The notes under the pieces are model-generated. The model saw only the letters and a program-made list of their open reading frames with translations, was not told the origin of the DNA and did no database searches. A stretch of DNA of 64,000 nt from Promethearchaeota archaeon (GTDB taxonomy: Archaea; Asgardarchaeota; Lokiarchaeia; Sigyniarchaeales; SOKP01): the NCBI GenBank assembly GCA_016839555.1, contig JAEOUA010000003.1:288001-352000 (forward strand), in the 5' to 3' direction. The translations under genes were made by a program, and so were the position numbers. This document shows positions 1 to 10,976 of the stretch, one piece after another (within the stretch, counting starts at the first letter, position 1; each line of letters opens with the position of its first letter).

Positions 1-1
1 T

Positions 2-712
2 TCTGCTATCTCAACTGCTGAAAAAGAGATGTTCAATTGGGAAGAAATTTTTGAGGGAGTAAACTGGTTTCATTGGACGGGTATTACTCCTGCTATCTCT
101 CAAAACTTAGCTGATATCTGTTTGGATGCCGTAAAAATTGCTAAAAAAAAAGGAGTAATAGTTTCTTGTGATTTAAATTATCGTAGTAAACTTTGGAAAT
201 ATGGAAAAAAACCTATTGATGTGATGGGGGAATTAGTTAAATATTGTGATATAGCTATAGGTAATGAAGAAGATGCAGAAAAAAGTTTAGGTATTACTGC
301 TCTTGATACGGATGTTAGTTCGGGAGAATTGGATCCAGAAAATTATAGATTTGTTGTAGAAGAAATGTTCCTTCAATATCCAAATCTTAAAAAAGTAGCT
401 ATCACTTTAAGGGGGTCAATTTCAGCATCCCATAATACCTGGTCGGGGCTCCTTTATGATGGAAATACGATGTTCATATCTCCAACTTATGATATTGATT
501 TTATTGTGGACAGAGTTGGAGGGGGTGATTCTTTTAATGCTGGTCTTATTTATGGATTAAATTTTTACCCAAATAATTTGCAAAAAGCCTTAAATTTTGC
601 CACAGCAGCATCATGCTTAAAACATTCAATTGAAGGAGATTTTAATTTGATCTCTAAAGAAGAAGTAGAAAAATTAATGGAGGGAGAGGTTTCAGGTCGA
701 ATTTCTCGTTAG
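2..712 (+). CDS. kdgK: PfkB-family sugar kinase, 2-keto-3-deoxygluconate kinase-like (5' truncated by the window edge)
   Basis: WFHWTGITPA, DLNYRSKLW, GNEED and DRVGGGDSF motifs; the frame is open upstream to position 2. Confidence 0.85.
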   Translation, partial: SAISTAEKEMFNWEEIFEGVNWFHWTGITPAISQNLADICLDAVKIAKKKGVIVSCDLNYRSKLWKYGKKPIDVMGELVKYCDIAIGNEEDAEKSLGITALDTDVSSGELDPENYRFVVEEMFLQYPNLKKVAITLRGSISASHNTWSGLLYDGNTMFISPTYDIDFIVDRVGGGDSFNAGLIYGLNFYPNNLQKALNFATAASCLKHSIEGDFNLISKEEVEKLMEGEVSGRISR

Positions 713-842
713 ATTAGTGATATGATAAATTTTCATATTTTAAGAAAAAATTTAAATTGAAATAACTTTATTTAATATTCCTCTAATGCTTTTTTATAAT
801 GAAATTTGGCTAAATAACTAGTATAAAAACAATCTTTATTGG

Positions 843-1703
843 ATGAAAATGAAATTAAACAAACTGATAGTGAAAGAGAAATTAAAGCAATTTTTAGAGG
901 AGGATTGCCACTTTAAAGATGTTAGTTCGGAATTCATTCCTGAGGACGCCATAGTAACAGCAAAAATTATGGCAAAATCTGAAGGATATATTTCAGGATT
1001 GGAAGTAATGAAAATCCTATTTGAAATGTTAGATGTGAATATCGAAATCAAAATAAAAGATGGAAAGAAGATTAAAAAGGGAGATATAATTGCAATATTA
1101 AAAGGAAACGCTAGAAACATTTTATTAGGGGAAAGAATAGGATTAAATTTGATAACTCTAATGAGTTCTATTACAACTACCACACAAAAATATAATAAAA
1201 TCATTAAAAAATCCGGAAAAAAAGTTAAAATCGCCTGTACAAGAAAAACTACTCCTGGGCTCCGTATGTTTGAAAAAATTGCAGTTGAGTTAGGAGAAGG
1301 AGATACACATCGCTATTCATTAGATGATATGATTCTTTTAAAAGATACTCACTTAGAATATTATGATGGGAATATTCAAAAGTTAATTAGGGATGTCAAG
1401 AAAAAAGCTAGCTTTTCTAAGAAAATAGAGATCGAATTAGAAAAAGTTGATGACGTACTGCTTGCTGCTAAAGAGGGGGTTGATATTATAATGCTTGATA
1501 ATATGACTCCAGAAGAAGTAAAAAAATCTATTGAGTTACTCAAGCAACATCAACTTCGAGACCGAGTAGTAATCGAGGTTTCTGGAGGAATTACAATAGA
1601 AAATATTTCTGATTATCTAATCGCTGAACCAGATATTATCAGTACGAGTGAATTAACCCTCCTACCTAGGGAAAAGGTTGATCTTTCTCTTAGATTTGAA
1701 TAG
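843..1703 (+). CDS. nadC: Nicotinate-nucleotide pyrophosphorylase (quinolinate phosphoribosyltransferase)
   Basis: TRKTTPGLR, HR..LDD..LLKDTH, IMLDNM and EVSGGI motifs. Confidence 0.93.
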   Translation: MKMKLNKLIVKEKLKQFLEEDCHFKDVSSEFIPEDAIVTAKIMAKSEGYISGLEVMKILFEMLDVNIEIKIKDGKKIKKGDIIAILKGNARNILLGERIGLNLITLMSSITTTTQKYNKIIKKSGKKVKIACTRKTTPGLRMFEKIAVELGEGDTHRYSLDDMILLKDTHLEYYDGNIQKLIRDVKKKASFSKKIEIELEKVDDVLLAAKEGVDIIMLDNMTPEEVKKSIELLKQHQLRDRVVIEVSGGITIENISDYLIAEPDIISTSELTLLPREKVDLSLRFE

Positions 1704-1727
1704 CAAATATAGATTTTTAATTCAAAC

Positions 1728-2402
1728 TTAGAGGTTTTTCAAGAAATTTCTCGGAGCATTACTAAATAACCCCTTGAATAATGCTTTGAATTTATCAAGA
1801 TTTTTATCATCCAATATATACGGATTTCCCACTTGGAGGGTGCCCCAGTAAATTTTTGCTAATTTTTCTACTAATTCCGCAAATTTTACAGCGTGATCAA
1901 TACTTCTACCACATACTATTGAACCATGATTTGCTAAAAGTGCCCCATTTTTATATGATAATGCATCAAGTGCTACTTTTCCAAGATCTTCGGTATGAGC
2001 TTCTCCGTATGAACCTATATCAATTGAGCCACCTAAAAAGACTAATTGCTCTTCCATTATGATTGGAATACCTTTGCGTAGAACTGACAAAATTGTCGCG
2101 TATGTAGAATGGGTATGAATTACTCCATTTACTTTATCACGAGCCTTATAAATAGCAGTATGCATTTTAGCTTCTGTTGAGGGAAGTTTTCCGCTACTAA
2201 GAGCTTCGCCATCGAAATTCATATGCACTACATCTTCGGATTTTAAATCTACATATTGATTAAAAGAAGGAGTAATGAAAAATTCATCCCTATTTCCGTG
2301 TCTAATACTTACGTTTCCTTCACCAGCCTCAACTAAACCCTTACTAAATATTGCCTTTGCAGCATTTACAACTTCCACACGAATTTGTGCTTCATCTGAC
2401 AT
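1728..2402 (-). CDS. Class II aldolase/adducin family protein (fuculose-1-phosphate aldolase-like)
   Basis: GNVS, PSTE..MH, HTHS and NHG metal-binding motifs. Confidence 0.9.
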   Translation of the reverse strand: MSDEAQIRVEVVNAAKAIFSKGLVEAGEGNVSIRHGNRDEFFITPSFNQYVDLKSEDVVHMNFDGEALSSGKLPSTEAKMHTAIYKARDKVNGVIHTHSTYATILSVLRKGIPIIMEEQLVFLGGSIDIGSYGEAHTEDLGKVALDALSYKNGALLANHGSIVCGRSIDHAVKFAELVEKLAKIYWGTLQVGNPYILDDKNLDKFKALFKGLFSNAPRNFLKNL

Positions 2403-2611
2403 TTATTTAAACCAATTCTTTTTGTTTTATTATATTTTTAATCTATTCTTAATTAGGATTAGGTTTGATTTCCAATTAAATTTTATACTTTATCTACTAA
2501 AATTATTAAACTTTTAAGGTATAGTTATTTAAATTATAATTGGTATTTTTACACGTAGAATAATTTTAAGATAAGAAGTTGAATACTTAGCATTTAACAG
2601 ATTTATAAAGT

Positions 2612-3700
2612 ATGGATAGCTTCATTTTGCATGCTGATTTAGATGCATTTTTTGCATCGGTTGAAATGCGGGACAATCCAGAATTAAAAAACAAACCAGT
2701 AATTATTGGTGCTGATCCCAAAGATGGAAAGGGTCGTGGAGTTGTATCAACTTGTTCTTATGAAGCAAGAAAATTTGGAATTCATTCTGCGATGCCTATT
2801 TCAAAAGCATATCGTTTATGCCCTCAGGGTATTTATTTACAACCGAATTTTGAAAAATATTCTCAAGCTTCTAAACATGTAATGAGTATCTTATCCTCTT
2901 ATACGGATGAATTTCAACAAGTAGGAATGGATGAAGCATATTTAGATGTCTCTGATATTTGTAAATCTTTTAAGGATGTTGAAGTTTTAGCTAATAGAAT
3001 TAAAGATGATATAAAGACACAAGTGGGAATTACCTGTTCAATAGGAGCATCAATCACAAAATCAATCGCAAAAATAGCTTCAGATGAAAACAAACCTGAT
3101 GGGCTATGCATTGTACCTCCAGATAAAATTAAAACCTTTCTTTCCATGAAAAATATTACTAGAATACCAGGAATTGGGAAAAAAACTAAAATTTTTTTTT
3201 ATAAAAAGGGGATAAACAAAATTGGTGATTTAATTGATTTCCCATTACATAAATTGATGGATTTATTTGGAAAAAGTGGAAAATGGATTTGGAAAGTAAT
3301 AAATGGATTAGATAAACGAAAAGTAAAGGAATTTCATGAAGGAAGAAAATCTATTAGCAAGGAACGCACGTTTTATGAAGATACAAAAAATTTTGAATTA
3401 ATTTTATCAAAAGTAGAAGAAATAAATGAAAAGATTCACACAAAATTGCTTGAGAAAAAGATGAGTTATAAAACAATAGCCCTTAAAATTAGATTTGAGG
3501 ATTTCCAGACCTTTACTCGTTCAAGAACAATAGATTACCCTATTTGTGATAAGGATAAAGCTATCAAGATATTTCTGGATTTATATAAAGAATTCTCAAA
3601 TGTGGATAAAAAAATAAGGTTAATCGGGATTAAATTTTTCAATTTTGAGAGGACCTCTAAAATAAAACAAGAAACAATAATGAAATATATAAATGTATAA
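2612..3700 (+). CDS. dinB: DNA polymerase IV (Y family)
   Basis: HADLDAFFASVE, SYEARKFGIHSAM and MDEAYLD motifs; C-terminal PIP-like QETIMKYI. Confidence 0.95.
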   Translation: MDSFILHADLDAFFASVEMRDNPELKNKPVIIGADPKDGKGRGVVSTCSYEARKFGIHSAMPISKAYRLCPQGIYLQPNFEKYSQASKHVMSILSSYTDEFQQVGMDEAYLDVSDICKSFKDVEVLANRIKDDIKTQVGITCSIGASITKSIAKIASDENKPDGLCIVPPDKIKTFLSMKNITRIPGIGKKTKIFFYKKGINKIGDLIDFPLHKLMDLFGKSGKWIWKVINGLDKRKVKEFHEGRKSISKERTFYEDTKNFELILSKVEEINEKIHTKLLEKKMSYKTIALKIRFEDFQTFTRSRTIDYPICDKDKAIKIFLDLYKEFSNVDKKIRLIGIKFFNFERTSKIKQETIMKYINV

Positions 3701-3776
3701 TCTATTAATGAAGAATTATTAGATCTTTCTAATTAATATGAAAAATTTTTTTCCATTTCAAAAAAATATTTAGGCG

Positions 3777-4391
3777 TTATTTTTGCCACTTTTTTAGAAA
3801 GTTTTGAGCTGCTTTTTTAGTTTTTGGACTATTATTATTTATTTGATTATTCACGAATTTCAAAATCTCTTCTTTATTCTCAGCATCTTTGAAGTATTCA
3901 TCGAAAGATTCAATAATATAACTTTTTATCAACTCTTTTTGCTTTCCACTATGAAGCTTATCTATATTCAATAGCTTCTCAGTAATTATGTTTCTTAAAT
4001 CTATTCTTTTTTTTGCTATCTTCCCCGAATTTTTTGCCACTTGTGCGGGAACAATAGTTTTTTCACTTTTAAATAAACTAAAATACTCATTAAATATTTC
4101 ATCAAATTTTTTATCTGGATCTGAACAAGCTAAATTAGCAATAATATTTATTGCTATATTTTGATGATAAGTATTTGAACTCTTAAGCATTTGGATAAAG
4201 TAGTTGAACTCAGAATATATTACTTCAGGATTTTCTTTACTAATATAATTTAAAACGTAAAATGAATTCTCTCTTATTGTTGATTCTTTATTTAGAATTC
4301 CCTCCAGCAATTCTGAAAGAATTTTTTTATTAGAGATTGCTTTTTTTCCAATTTTTTTGATATCGATATTCTTTTGATTTAATTTAAGCAT
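3777..4391 (-). CDS. Hypothetical alpha-helical (HEAT-like) protein
   Basis: 204-aa ORF with a HEAT-like helical pattern (IRENSFYVL, KTKKAAQNFL). Confidence 0.6.
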   Translation of the reverse strand: MLKLNQKNIDIKKIGKKAISNKKILSELLEGILNKESTIRENSFYVLNYISKENPEVIYSEFNYFIQMLKSSNTYHQNIAINIIANLACSDPDKKFDEIFNEYFSLFKSEKTIVPAQVAKNSGKIAKKRIDLRNIITEKLLNIDKLHSGKQKELIKSYIIESFDEYFKDAENKEEILKFVNNQINNNSPKTKKAAQNFLKKWQK

Positions 4392-4577
4392 AATTATTAA
4401 TAATTAAGATTAGGTGGTTATACTTTTTTAATAATATTTAAGGTATTTCTATTAAGAAACTAAATGTTGTGTTAATATTAAACCATTTCTAGTCTTGGTT
4501 TTTTTTTAATAGAAAGAAAAAAGCTTATCTATTAATAAAAAAGTTATATTAAAAAAAAGATATAAAAATAGGGATAA

Positions 4578-5036
4578 TTATGGAAGTTTAATTATTTGTT
4601 TTCCCATTACTATATGATAAATCTCATTAAAAAGTTTTGGACCTTCTGCGAGTATTTCATAATCCAATTTTTCAAATAAACCTTGGGCACTTTTTCGAGC
4701 ATTAAGTTTTATATATTGAATGCCTAATCCAATTGAATATTTTTCTATATACTTCAATAAACTTTTTCCAACATTTTGCCCTCTATATTCTTCCTCCACT
4801 GCTAAAAACCTAATCTGTCCTTCATGTTCATTGCATGTATGATAACGAGCGGTTCCTACTATTTTTTCGTTTATTACTGCGATAAAATGATGTACTCCAT
4901 TATCTTTACCATCTTTTTCATCTTTTTCAGATCCTTTCGGTTGGTTCCAGGGTTTTCTTAATACTCTCCACCTAAGATCATACATACTTTCAAATTCTTC
5001 TTCAAGGCAAGGCTGTCGTATAACAATATCTTTCAT
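4578..5036 (-). CDS. GNAT family N-acetyltransferase
   Basis: LRWRVLRKPW, AVEEEYRGQNVGKSL acetyl-CoA motif, LNAR. Confidence 0.9.
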   Translation of the reverse strand: MKDIVIRQPCLEEEFESMYDLRWRVLRKPWNQPKGSEKDEKDGKDNGVHHFIAVINEKIVGTARYHTCNEHEGQIRFLAVEEEYRGQNVGKSLLKYIEKYSIGLGIQYIKLNARKSAQGLFEKLDYEILAEGPKLFNEIYHIVMGKQIIKLP

Positions 5037-5219
5037 TTTTAATAAGAAAGTGTTTATTATATATTACTACTCCTTATTTTATTTATTATTTACTATTTCC
5101 TTTAAAAATTGGTAAATTCAGTTTTTTCAATGTTTTCTTCTTATAAGGTTCCAAAAATAAATTATATTTTTTTTTCTTTCATTAAAATTTATTAAAGAAG
5201 AATTAATTTAATTTATCAA

Positions 5220-5993
5220 ATGTTATTATTTGAATTACAAGGAACTGAAGAGCGATTCTTGAATTTTGTGGGATTAATTTATGAATCTGTGATAATTACT
5301 ATCGCAGTATGTCTTTTAATTTTAATTTATCTAAAATATCGTGAAAAACGCCACGAGCTTACCTTGTATTTATTCATAATTTTCATACTTTATAACCTTG
5401 GGATCTTGTTTTCTTGGATGTCAAAACTTTTCGTCGTGTTAAAATTAGATACTGTAGTGGGAGGGTATACGCCATTTGGGTTCATTTTCTACAGAATCAT
5501 GAGCTTCAGAATAAGTGAATTGATGATTTGTATCGCAATTTTTTTATCCTATATTTTGAAGGTAAAACTATTTCACAAGGGATATTATAATACAGTTCAT
5601 AAATACATAGTTATAATCTTTGGTACATTTACTTCGATTTATGTTTTCTTTTTTTATCTCTATGAAGATACCAGTTTTGCTGTGTTATTAGACACAATAG
5701 CATTTTTACTGACCTCTATATTTATGGGAATGGTTTATTTCCCATTTTTTTACCGGTCATTTGAAGCTTATAAAACAGTGAAGGAGAAGCAATATAAGAA
5801 AGCCTTTCTTTCGCTAGGGATTATGTCGATTTGCTATATTCTTATCTTTGTAAACTTTTTTCTCGATAGATTATTAATTTTATTACTAGAAATACCTGGA
5901 TTCACTCCATTTTATTATTTAGCATGGATAGTTGCTATTGTGGCGATAGCAGGCGCATATTTTGGCTATATACGACCAAAAGCAGAAGAATAA
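5220..5993 (+). CDS. Seven-transmembrane membrane protein (Asgard-type 7TM)
   Basis: Seven hydrophobic segments counted by eye. Confidence 0.7.
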   Translation: MLLFELQGTEERFLNFVGLIYESVIITIAVCLLILIYLKYREKRHELTLYLFIIFILYNLGILFSWMSKLFVVLKLDTVVGGYTPFGFIFYRIMSFRISELMICIAIFLSYILKVKLFHKGYYNTVHKYIVIIFGTFTSIYVFFFYLYEDTSFAVLLDTIAFLLTSIFMGMVYFPFFYRSFEAYKTVKEKQYKKAFLSLGIMSICYILIFVNFFLDRLLILLLEIPGFTPFYYLAWIVAIVAIAGAYFGYIRPKAEE

Positions 5994-6116
5994 TAAAATA
6001 ATTTTTAATTTTTTTTTTAATTAAATTTTTAGGGATAGATTATTTTGTTATTCAATATATATATTCATAATTCAACATCGTAGTAAAGTCGCACAGTAGT
6101 TTTTTTTAGTAAAGAT

Positions 6117-6527
6117 ATGGTAAAAGTAATACAAGACATTTGGATATTGGATAAGGCAGGAATAGTGGTATTCCATAGAACATTTGATAAAAATTTAGAT
6201 GTACAGTTGTTCGGCGGATTAATGTCAGCACTTAATTCTTTCGCTGAGAATTTATCCGAAGAGGGACTAACCAGTTTCGAATTATCGCAAAAAAAATTTG
6301 CTATAGTTCAAAAAAATGAATTTTTATTTATAGGAAACGCAAAAAATAAAACAAAAGAAAGGGAAATTTTTAGGGAGTTGGAATCGATCAGTGAAAAATT
6401 CTTTGAATTATATTCTGAGATATTTGAAACCTGGCAAGGAGATATTACATTATTCCAAAATTTTGAGGATGAAATAGAAGACTCCCTTGAGGGTACAATC
6501 GAGCGGTTTAAAAAAGCTTTCTGGTAG
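6117..6527 (+). CDS. Longin-like domain protein
   Basis: IQDIWIL..AGIVVFHR...QLFGGLMSALNSFA pattern typical of Asgard longin domains. Confidence 0.75.
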   Translation: MVKVIQDIWILDKAGIVVFHRTFDKNLDVQLFGGLMSALNSFAENLSEEGLTSFELSQKKFAIVQKNEFLFIGNAKNKTKEREIFRELESISEKFFELYSEIFETWQGDITLFQNFEDEIEDSLEGTIERFKKAFW

Positions 6528-6571
6528 GTAAAATCAAAATTTTTTTTGCATTAATTTTTTTGCTAAATTAA

Positions 6572-7039
6572 TTATATTTCACCGCAACCTTCACATGTAT
6601 ATTTAAAGAAGTTAGCGTCTCTTACTTTTTCTATTTTTTTAACCTCACCTAACAAATCATTTAAATTAATTGTATTAGAATCTGTTATTGAAAAGAAAAT
6701 CCCAAAAAAACAGAGATCTTTGCTCTTACAAAAGCCTGTTGAAGTTATAATATTATTTACCTTGTTTTTTATAATTTCGAGACATTTATGTAATAATTCT
6801 GGTAATATCACGGGTGTTTCTACTTCTAATAGATAAACAGGTTCTGATTTGGTAGGATATAAGGAGAGATGAACATGATTTTCATGTCCATGTCGCTCTT
6901 CCTCAGGTGAAATTGTTAAAAAATAGTATGGATAATCCTTGACATTTAATTTCTCTGCTACCTTTTCAGGAAGTTTCCATTTTAGTATAGCATCTTTATC
7001 GTATAATTTACCTTGGAAAAATTTAATTATGTTGCTCAT
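6572..7039 (-). CDS. Hypothetical protein (possible ACT-like C-terminal domain)
   Basis: 155-aa ATG ORF filling the gap; His-rich segment and a C-terminal CxxC. Confidence 0.6.
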   Translation of the reverse strand: MSNIIKFFQGKLYDKDAILKWKLPEKVAEKLNVKDYPYYFLTISPEEERHGHENHVHLSLYPTKSEPVYLLEVETPVILPELLHKCLEIIKNKVNNIITSTGFCKSKDLCFFGIFFSITDSNTINLNDLLGEVKKIEKVRDANFFKYTCEGCGEI

Positions 7040-7180
7040 TGAACAATATAAATTTTTATAGATTAAAAATCTAATTTTTGAAGAAGTTCTATTCTTAAAA
7101 GTGGGAATAAACTATTTTATGATCTTATATTTGTTTAATGCCCTTTAAATTTAAGATTTTTCTCTCAGAAAAGAGATTAT

Positions 7181-7975
7181 TTATTTTTCATTATCCTTAA
7201 TCGGAGGAAATAATCCTGACCCTAATTCTACGATTTGAGATCCTATTTTTAACGGCGCTTGAGTTCCAAATTTCAAACTTTTCTTTATACTATATAGAAA
7301 TTTTGGTGACAAGGAACTTATTTTCTCCATGATCTTTAGAATAAAATCCTCAAACTCGTCATTCTCTACGAGAAAATGAACATATCCCCATTGATACATT
7401 TGCTCTGCGCTGATTCTCTCACCAAAAAATAGCATACGAGTCGCTCTTGCTAATCCAATGTTTCTTGCCATACGTTGAGTACCTCCACCAGCAGGGAAAA
7501 TCCCCCTTAATATTTCAGCAAATCCAAAGGTAGAGCGTTTACTGGCAATGATGATATCACAAACAAGTGAAAGCTCACAGCCTCCACCTAGCGCATATCC
7601 GTCTATGGCACCAATGAGCGGCTTAGGAAATTGTTCTATCATATTAAATCTGTTATGAAAGAGATACATTGCATAAGTCATATGAATTGGAATATTAGGC
7701 TTAATACCGGGTTTAAAAGGGCTAGTTAAATCAGCCCCAGTTGAAAATGAAGGTTTTTTAGTAAAATCTTTTGTTCCTCTTAGCATCACACATTTTATTT
7801 CAGATTTAAGCTCCATAGAATTTAGCGCAACAACAATTTCCTCTAAAGTCTGAACCGTTATTGCATTTAATTTGTCTGGACGATTTAATGAAATTATCGC
7901 ATAATTTCCGGGAATATTTCCACCACTTGATTCCGGAAATTCAATCTTTATATGCTGAAATTGAATTTTTTCCAT
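7181..7975 (-). CDS. Enoyl-CoA hydratase/isomerase family protein
   Basis: LNRPDKLNA, FSTGADL, GYALGGGCEL and FAE..RGIFPAGGGTQR; ATG at 7975 preferred as start. Confidence 0.92.
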   Translation of the reverse strand: MEKIQFQHIKIEFPESSGGNIPGNYAIISLNRPDKLNAITVQTLEEIVVALNSMELKSEIKCVMLRGTKDFTKKPSFSTGADLTSPFKPGIKPNIPIHMTYAMYLFHNRFNMIEQFPKPLIGAIDGYALGGGCELSLVCDIIIASKRSTFGFAEILRGIFPAGGGTQRMARNIGLARATRMLFFGERISAEQMYQWGYVHFLVENDEFEDFILKIMEKISSLSPKFLYSIKKSLKFGTQAPLKIGSQIVELGSGLFPPIKDNEK

Positions 7976-8126
7976 CAAAAACAATCTCTATTAATCTTCA
8001 AGTTATTAATCTAATTTTTAGAGTGTTATTAAATATAACTATACTAATGTAAATATACATAAAAATATCAGTTATCAAAATTAAGAAAGAATATCAAAAT
8101 ATTATAATAAAAAAAAGGATAAAAAA

Positions 8127-9683
8127 TTAAGATGCTTGGTAGCGTGCATTGCCATTCATGATCTTACCATTTAAAATCATATCATTGGCCTGCATGCCTG
8201 CTAATAATGCCCCAAAAACGCCATGTACAAATTTAGGATTAAATAATCCTTTTATAGGAGTTCTCATCTTTAGACGTGTTCTTCCAAAATTATCCGTATA
8301 TGGAGCCATTCCGTATATCGAACCAGTTGGGGAAGCTGAATAACGTTTATAAGTCGCTGGAGTAGAGACGTCCATCACTAAAATATGTTTCGAAAGTTCG
8401 GGTATCATGTATTTTTCGACTTTATCAATAAAGAATTTCGCCCACTTTTCTTTTCTCTCATTATATTTTTTTCTATCTTTCTTACGTAATTCCTCCCAAT
8501 CACCCAAAGCCATAGGAGTTATCCTAATAGTGAGGTTTGGTCTACCACCTGTGGTAAGGGAGGGACAAATAACACCAACATGGAATATTTGATCACTAAA
8601 TCCTATTTCTCCCCTTTCATATGCATCAAATAATCGATCATACGAGTCTCCTCCAGTGGTTAATACATTATACCCGCAATCTAATCCTAAAGCTTCGAGA
8701 TCGATTTTATCATCAAGTCCTAAACTTACATTCATGGAAGATGTAGACATTTTTACTTCTTCCACTTTTTGTGCATATTTCTTATCTAATCCTCGAATAA
8801 TGTCTAAACCAATCATTTTTTCCATGAGTAGTTTTGTATCGGCGGTATTAATCACATAATCCGAAAAGATTTGTTCTCCTCCTTCTGTTTCAACGCCTTT
8901 TACTTGATCACCCTCAACTAGAATTTTCTTTACTTCCGTTTTTAACATTAATTCTCCTCCCAATTCTTTAAAATGTTCCTCAAGTTTGTTAGAGAATTCA
9001 ATAAAAGGGCCTTTGGTGCGAAAAGTTCCATCCAATAAAGAATTCATAGCTGAGAGAGGTACTATTGCCGCAACGCGTTCGGAAGGTAGCGCAGCAAATT
9101 CAGCAAATACGTTAAATATTTCTTTAACATTGGGTTCTGTAATGTTAAATTGATCGAAATATTCCGCGAATGTTTTACTCCCATTCTTTATAATCTTTGG
9201 ACATGTGAATAAAAGTTTTAAAATATCGACAAATTTAAGCTCCATCTTAAGTTTAAACAATTCTAAATACATCTCTCTCGAATAATCTAAAAATTTCTCA
9301 ATTTGTGAAGCATTACTGGGATATTTTTCCATTAAATAATTCTTAAAAGTTTCCACACCTGAGGGTAATTCTAATAGTTTCACTTCATCTGTATCCGGAT
9401 TTACATGAAAAATTCTCATGTAATAACCCTTAAATTTTTTAAACTCCATATCAATTCCAAGATACTCCAAAATATCCGAGATATTTGGAAGCATTTGGCA
9501 AGTATCAAACCAATAGTCTTCTCGCTCATAAGAAGTAACGAACCCTCCCGTTTTGGGATTCTTCTCAATAATCAGAACAGGATCTTTTTTTACGTCATTA
9601 TTTATTGCCCATGTTATACCAGCACTTAATCCCGAGATTCCACCACCTATAATAATTAAACTCTTCTTATTTGTTTCTGTCAT
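8127..9683 (-). CDS. FAD-dependent oxidoreductase, phytoene desaturase/CrtI-like family
   Basis: IIGGGISGLSAG, EK...GG, STPATY.RY...TGSIYG; SD GGAAGGTG upstream of ATG 9683. Confidence 0.8.
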   Translation of the reverse strand: MTETNKKSLIIIGGGISGLSAGITWAINNDVKKDPVLIIEKNPKTGGFVTSYEREDYWFDTCQMLPNISDILEYLGIDMEFKKFKGYYMRIFHVNPDTDEVKLLELPSGVETFKNYLMEKYPSNASQIEKFLDYSREMYLELFKLKMELKFVDILKLLFTCPKIIKNGSKTFAEYFDQFNITEPNVKEIFNVFAEFAALPSERVAAIVPLSAMNSLLDGTFRTKGPFIEFSNKLEEHFKELGGELMLKTEVKKILVEGDQVKGVETEGGEQIFSDYVINTADTKLLMEKMIGLDIIRGLDKKYAQKVEEVKMSTSSMNVSLGLDDKIDLEALGLDCGYNVLTTGGDSYDRLFDAYERGEIGFSDQIFHVGVICPSLTTGGRPNLTIRITPMALGDWEELRKKDRKKYNERKEKWAKFFIDKVEKYMIPELSKHILVMDVSTPATYKRYSASPTGSIYGMAPYTDNFGRTRLKMRTPIKGLFNPKFVHGVFGALLAGMQANDMILNGKIMNGNARYQAS

Positions 9684-9865
9684 GAATAACACCTTCCTTT
9701 TTTTAAATATACGATAAAAGAATATATAAAGCTTTACAATTAAAGAAAAAATTATTAATCATATTTCTGAAAATAGGAGGAAAATATTAAGCAATCAAGA
9801 AAGAATAAATAAATTTTCAAAATAAGTTGTTCTTTACAAACTTTATATTGAATAATTCAAATTTA

Positions 9866-10792
9866 TTAAGCTCGTTTTATAACTACTCCTGGCTTTTTCT
9901 TATTCTGTTTTCTATGTTTAATTACGATCTGACCATTCACAAGTACATAAGATATTCCTTCGGGAATTTGATAAGGTTTTTCATAGGTTGCTTTATCGAT
10001 GATTGTATCAGGATTAAATATCACGATATCTGCCCAGTAATTCTCTAAAAGAAGCCCTCTATCTTGCAATCCCAATCTCTGAGCGGGAAAGGAAGTCATT
10101 TTACGAATAGCTTGTTCTAAAGTTAAGAGTTTTTCCTCCCTTACATATTTACCCAGAATTCTCGGATAAGTACCAAAACATCGAGGGTGAAACGCACCAC
10201 TACTGAATGAAACAGGAATGCCAAATGCCCCCGCTTCCATGGCCTCCCTAAGATAGCTTTTCATGCGCTCCATTTCATCCTGTGTAGCATCTCTGTTTGC
10301 TCTTCCTTGACCGCCAGCAAATCTTAGATTTTCATAACCCACTAAGAAAGCAAGATTAGCAGAAGGTCGCTTTTTCTGTAAATATTCTAAATATTCCGTA
10401 AAAGTATGATAAGGATAGTCAAATTGTCCAAGAATTGCGTCAGCTGAGGCCATAATTTTTTTAAATTCTTCTTCTTTACCTTCAGGGATTGGTGCCATAC
10501 CGAGTCCGCACATTCCTACCACATTAGTTGTGATTCCTTGATGAAGAGTAGATTCTAGATTTCTGCTAATTAGCAATATATAATCCGAATGAGAATGAAT
10601 ATCAATAAATCCAGGAGAGACAATCTCATTAGAAGCATCAATTATTTCTCTTGCTGTTCCAACTATTTTTGTCCCGATTTTTACAATTTTTCCCTCATTA
10701 ATTCCTATCTCTCCATAATACCATGGATTTCCTGCTCCATTTATAATCTTACCATTTTTGATTATAAAATCATAATCCATATTTTTTCCCAT
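9866..10792 (-). pseudogene. D-aminoacylase (N-acyl-D-amino acid deacylase) with a large in-frame internal deletion
   Basis: N-terminal PGFIDIHSH and GMCG plus C-terminal HPR..GTYPR.LG and KMTSFPAQRLG are present, but the protein is 308 aa and the central barrel is missing. Confidence 0.7.
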
Positions 10793-10976
10793 TTATTATT
10801 TACACTTTAAAATTAAAATTAACTACTTTAATATACCTAATGATAATAATAAATGAAGTAGAATTAGCTTAAAAATTATATAAAAAATATTAATAATCCT
10901 AATCCCATTTTATAATTCAAAAATTTAATATTTATTGTCAAAAGTAAATACTTTATCAGAAAAGGAGTATAGAAAA

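Noticed and set aside
5220-5993. Rhodopsin
   Set aside because: No Lys in the seventh helix for retinal attachment
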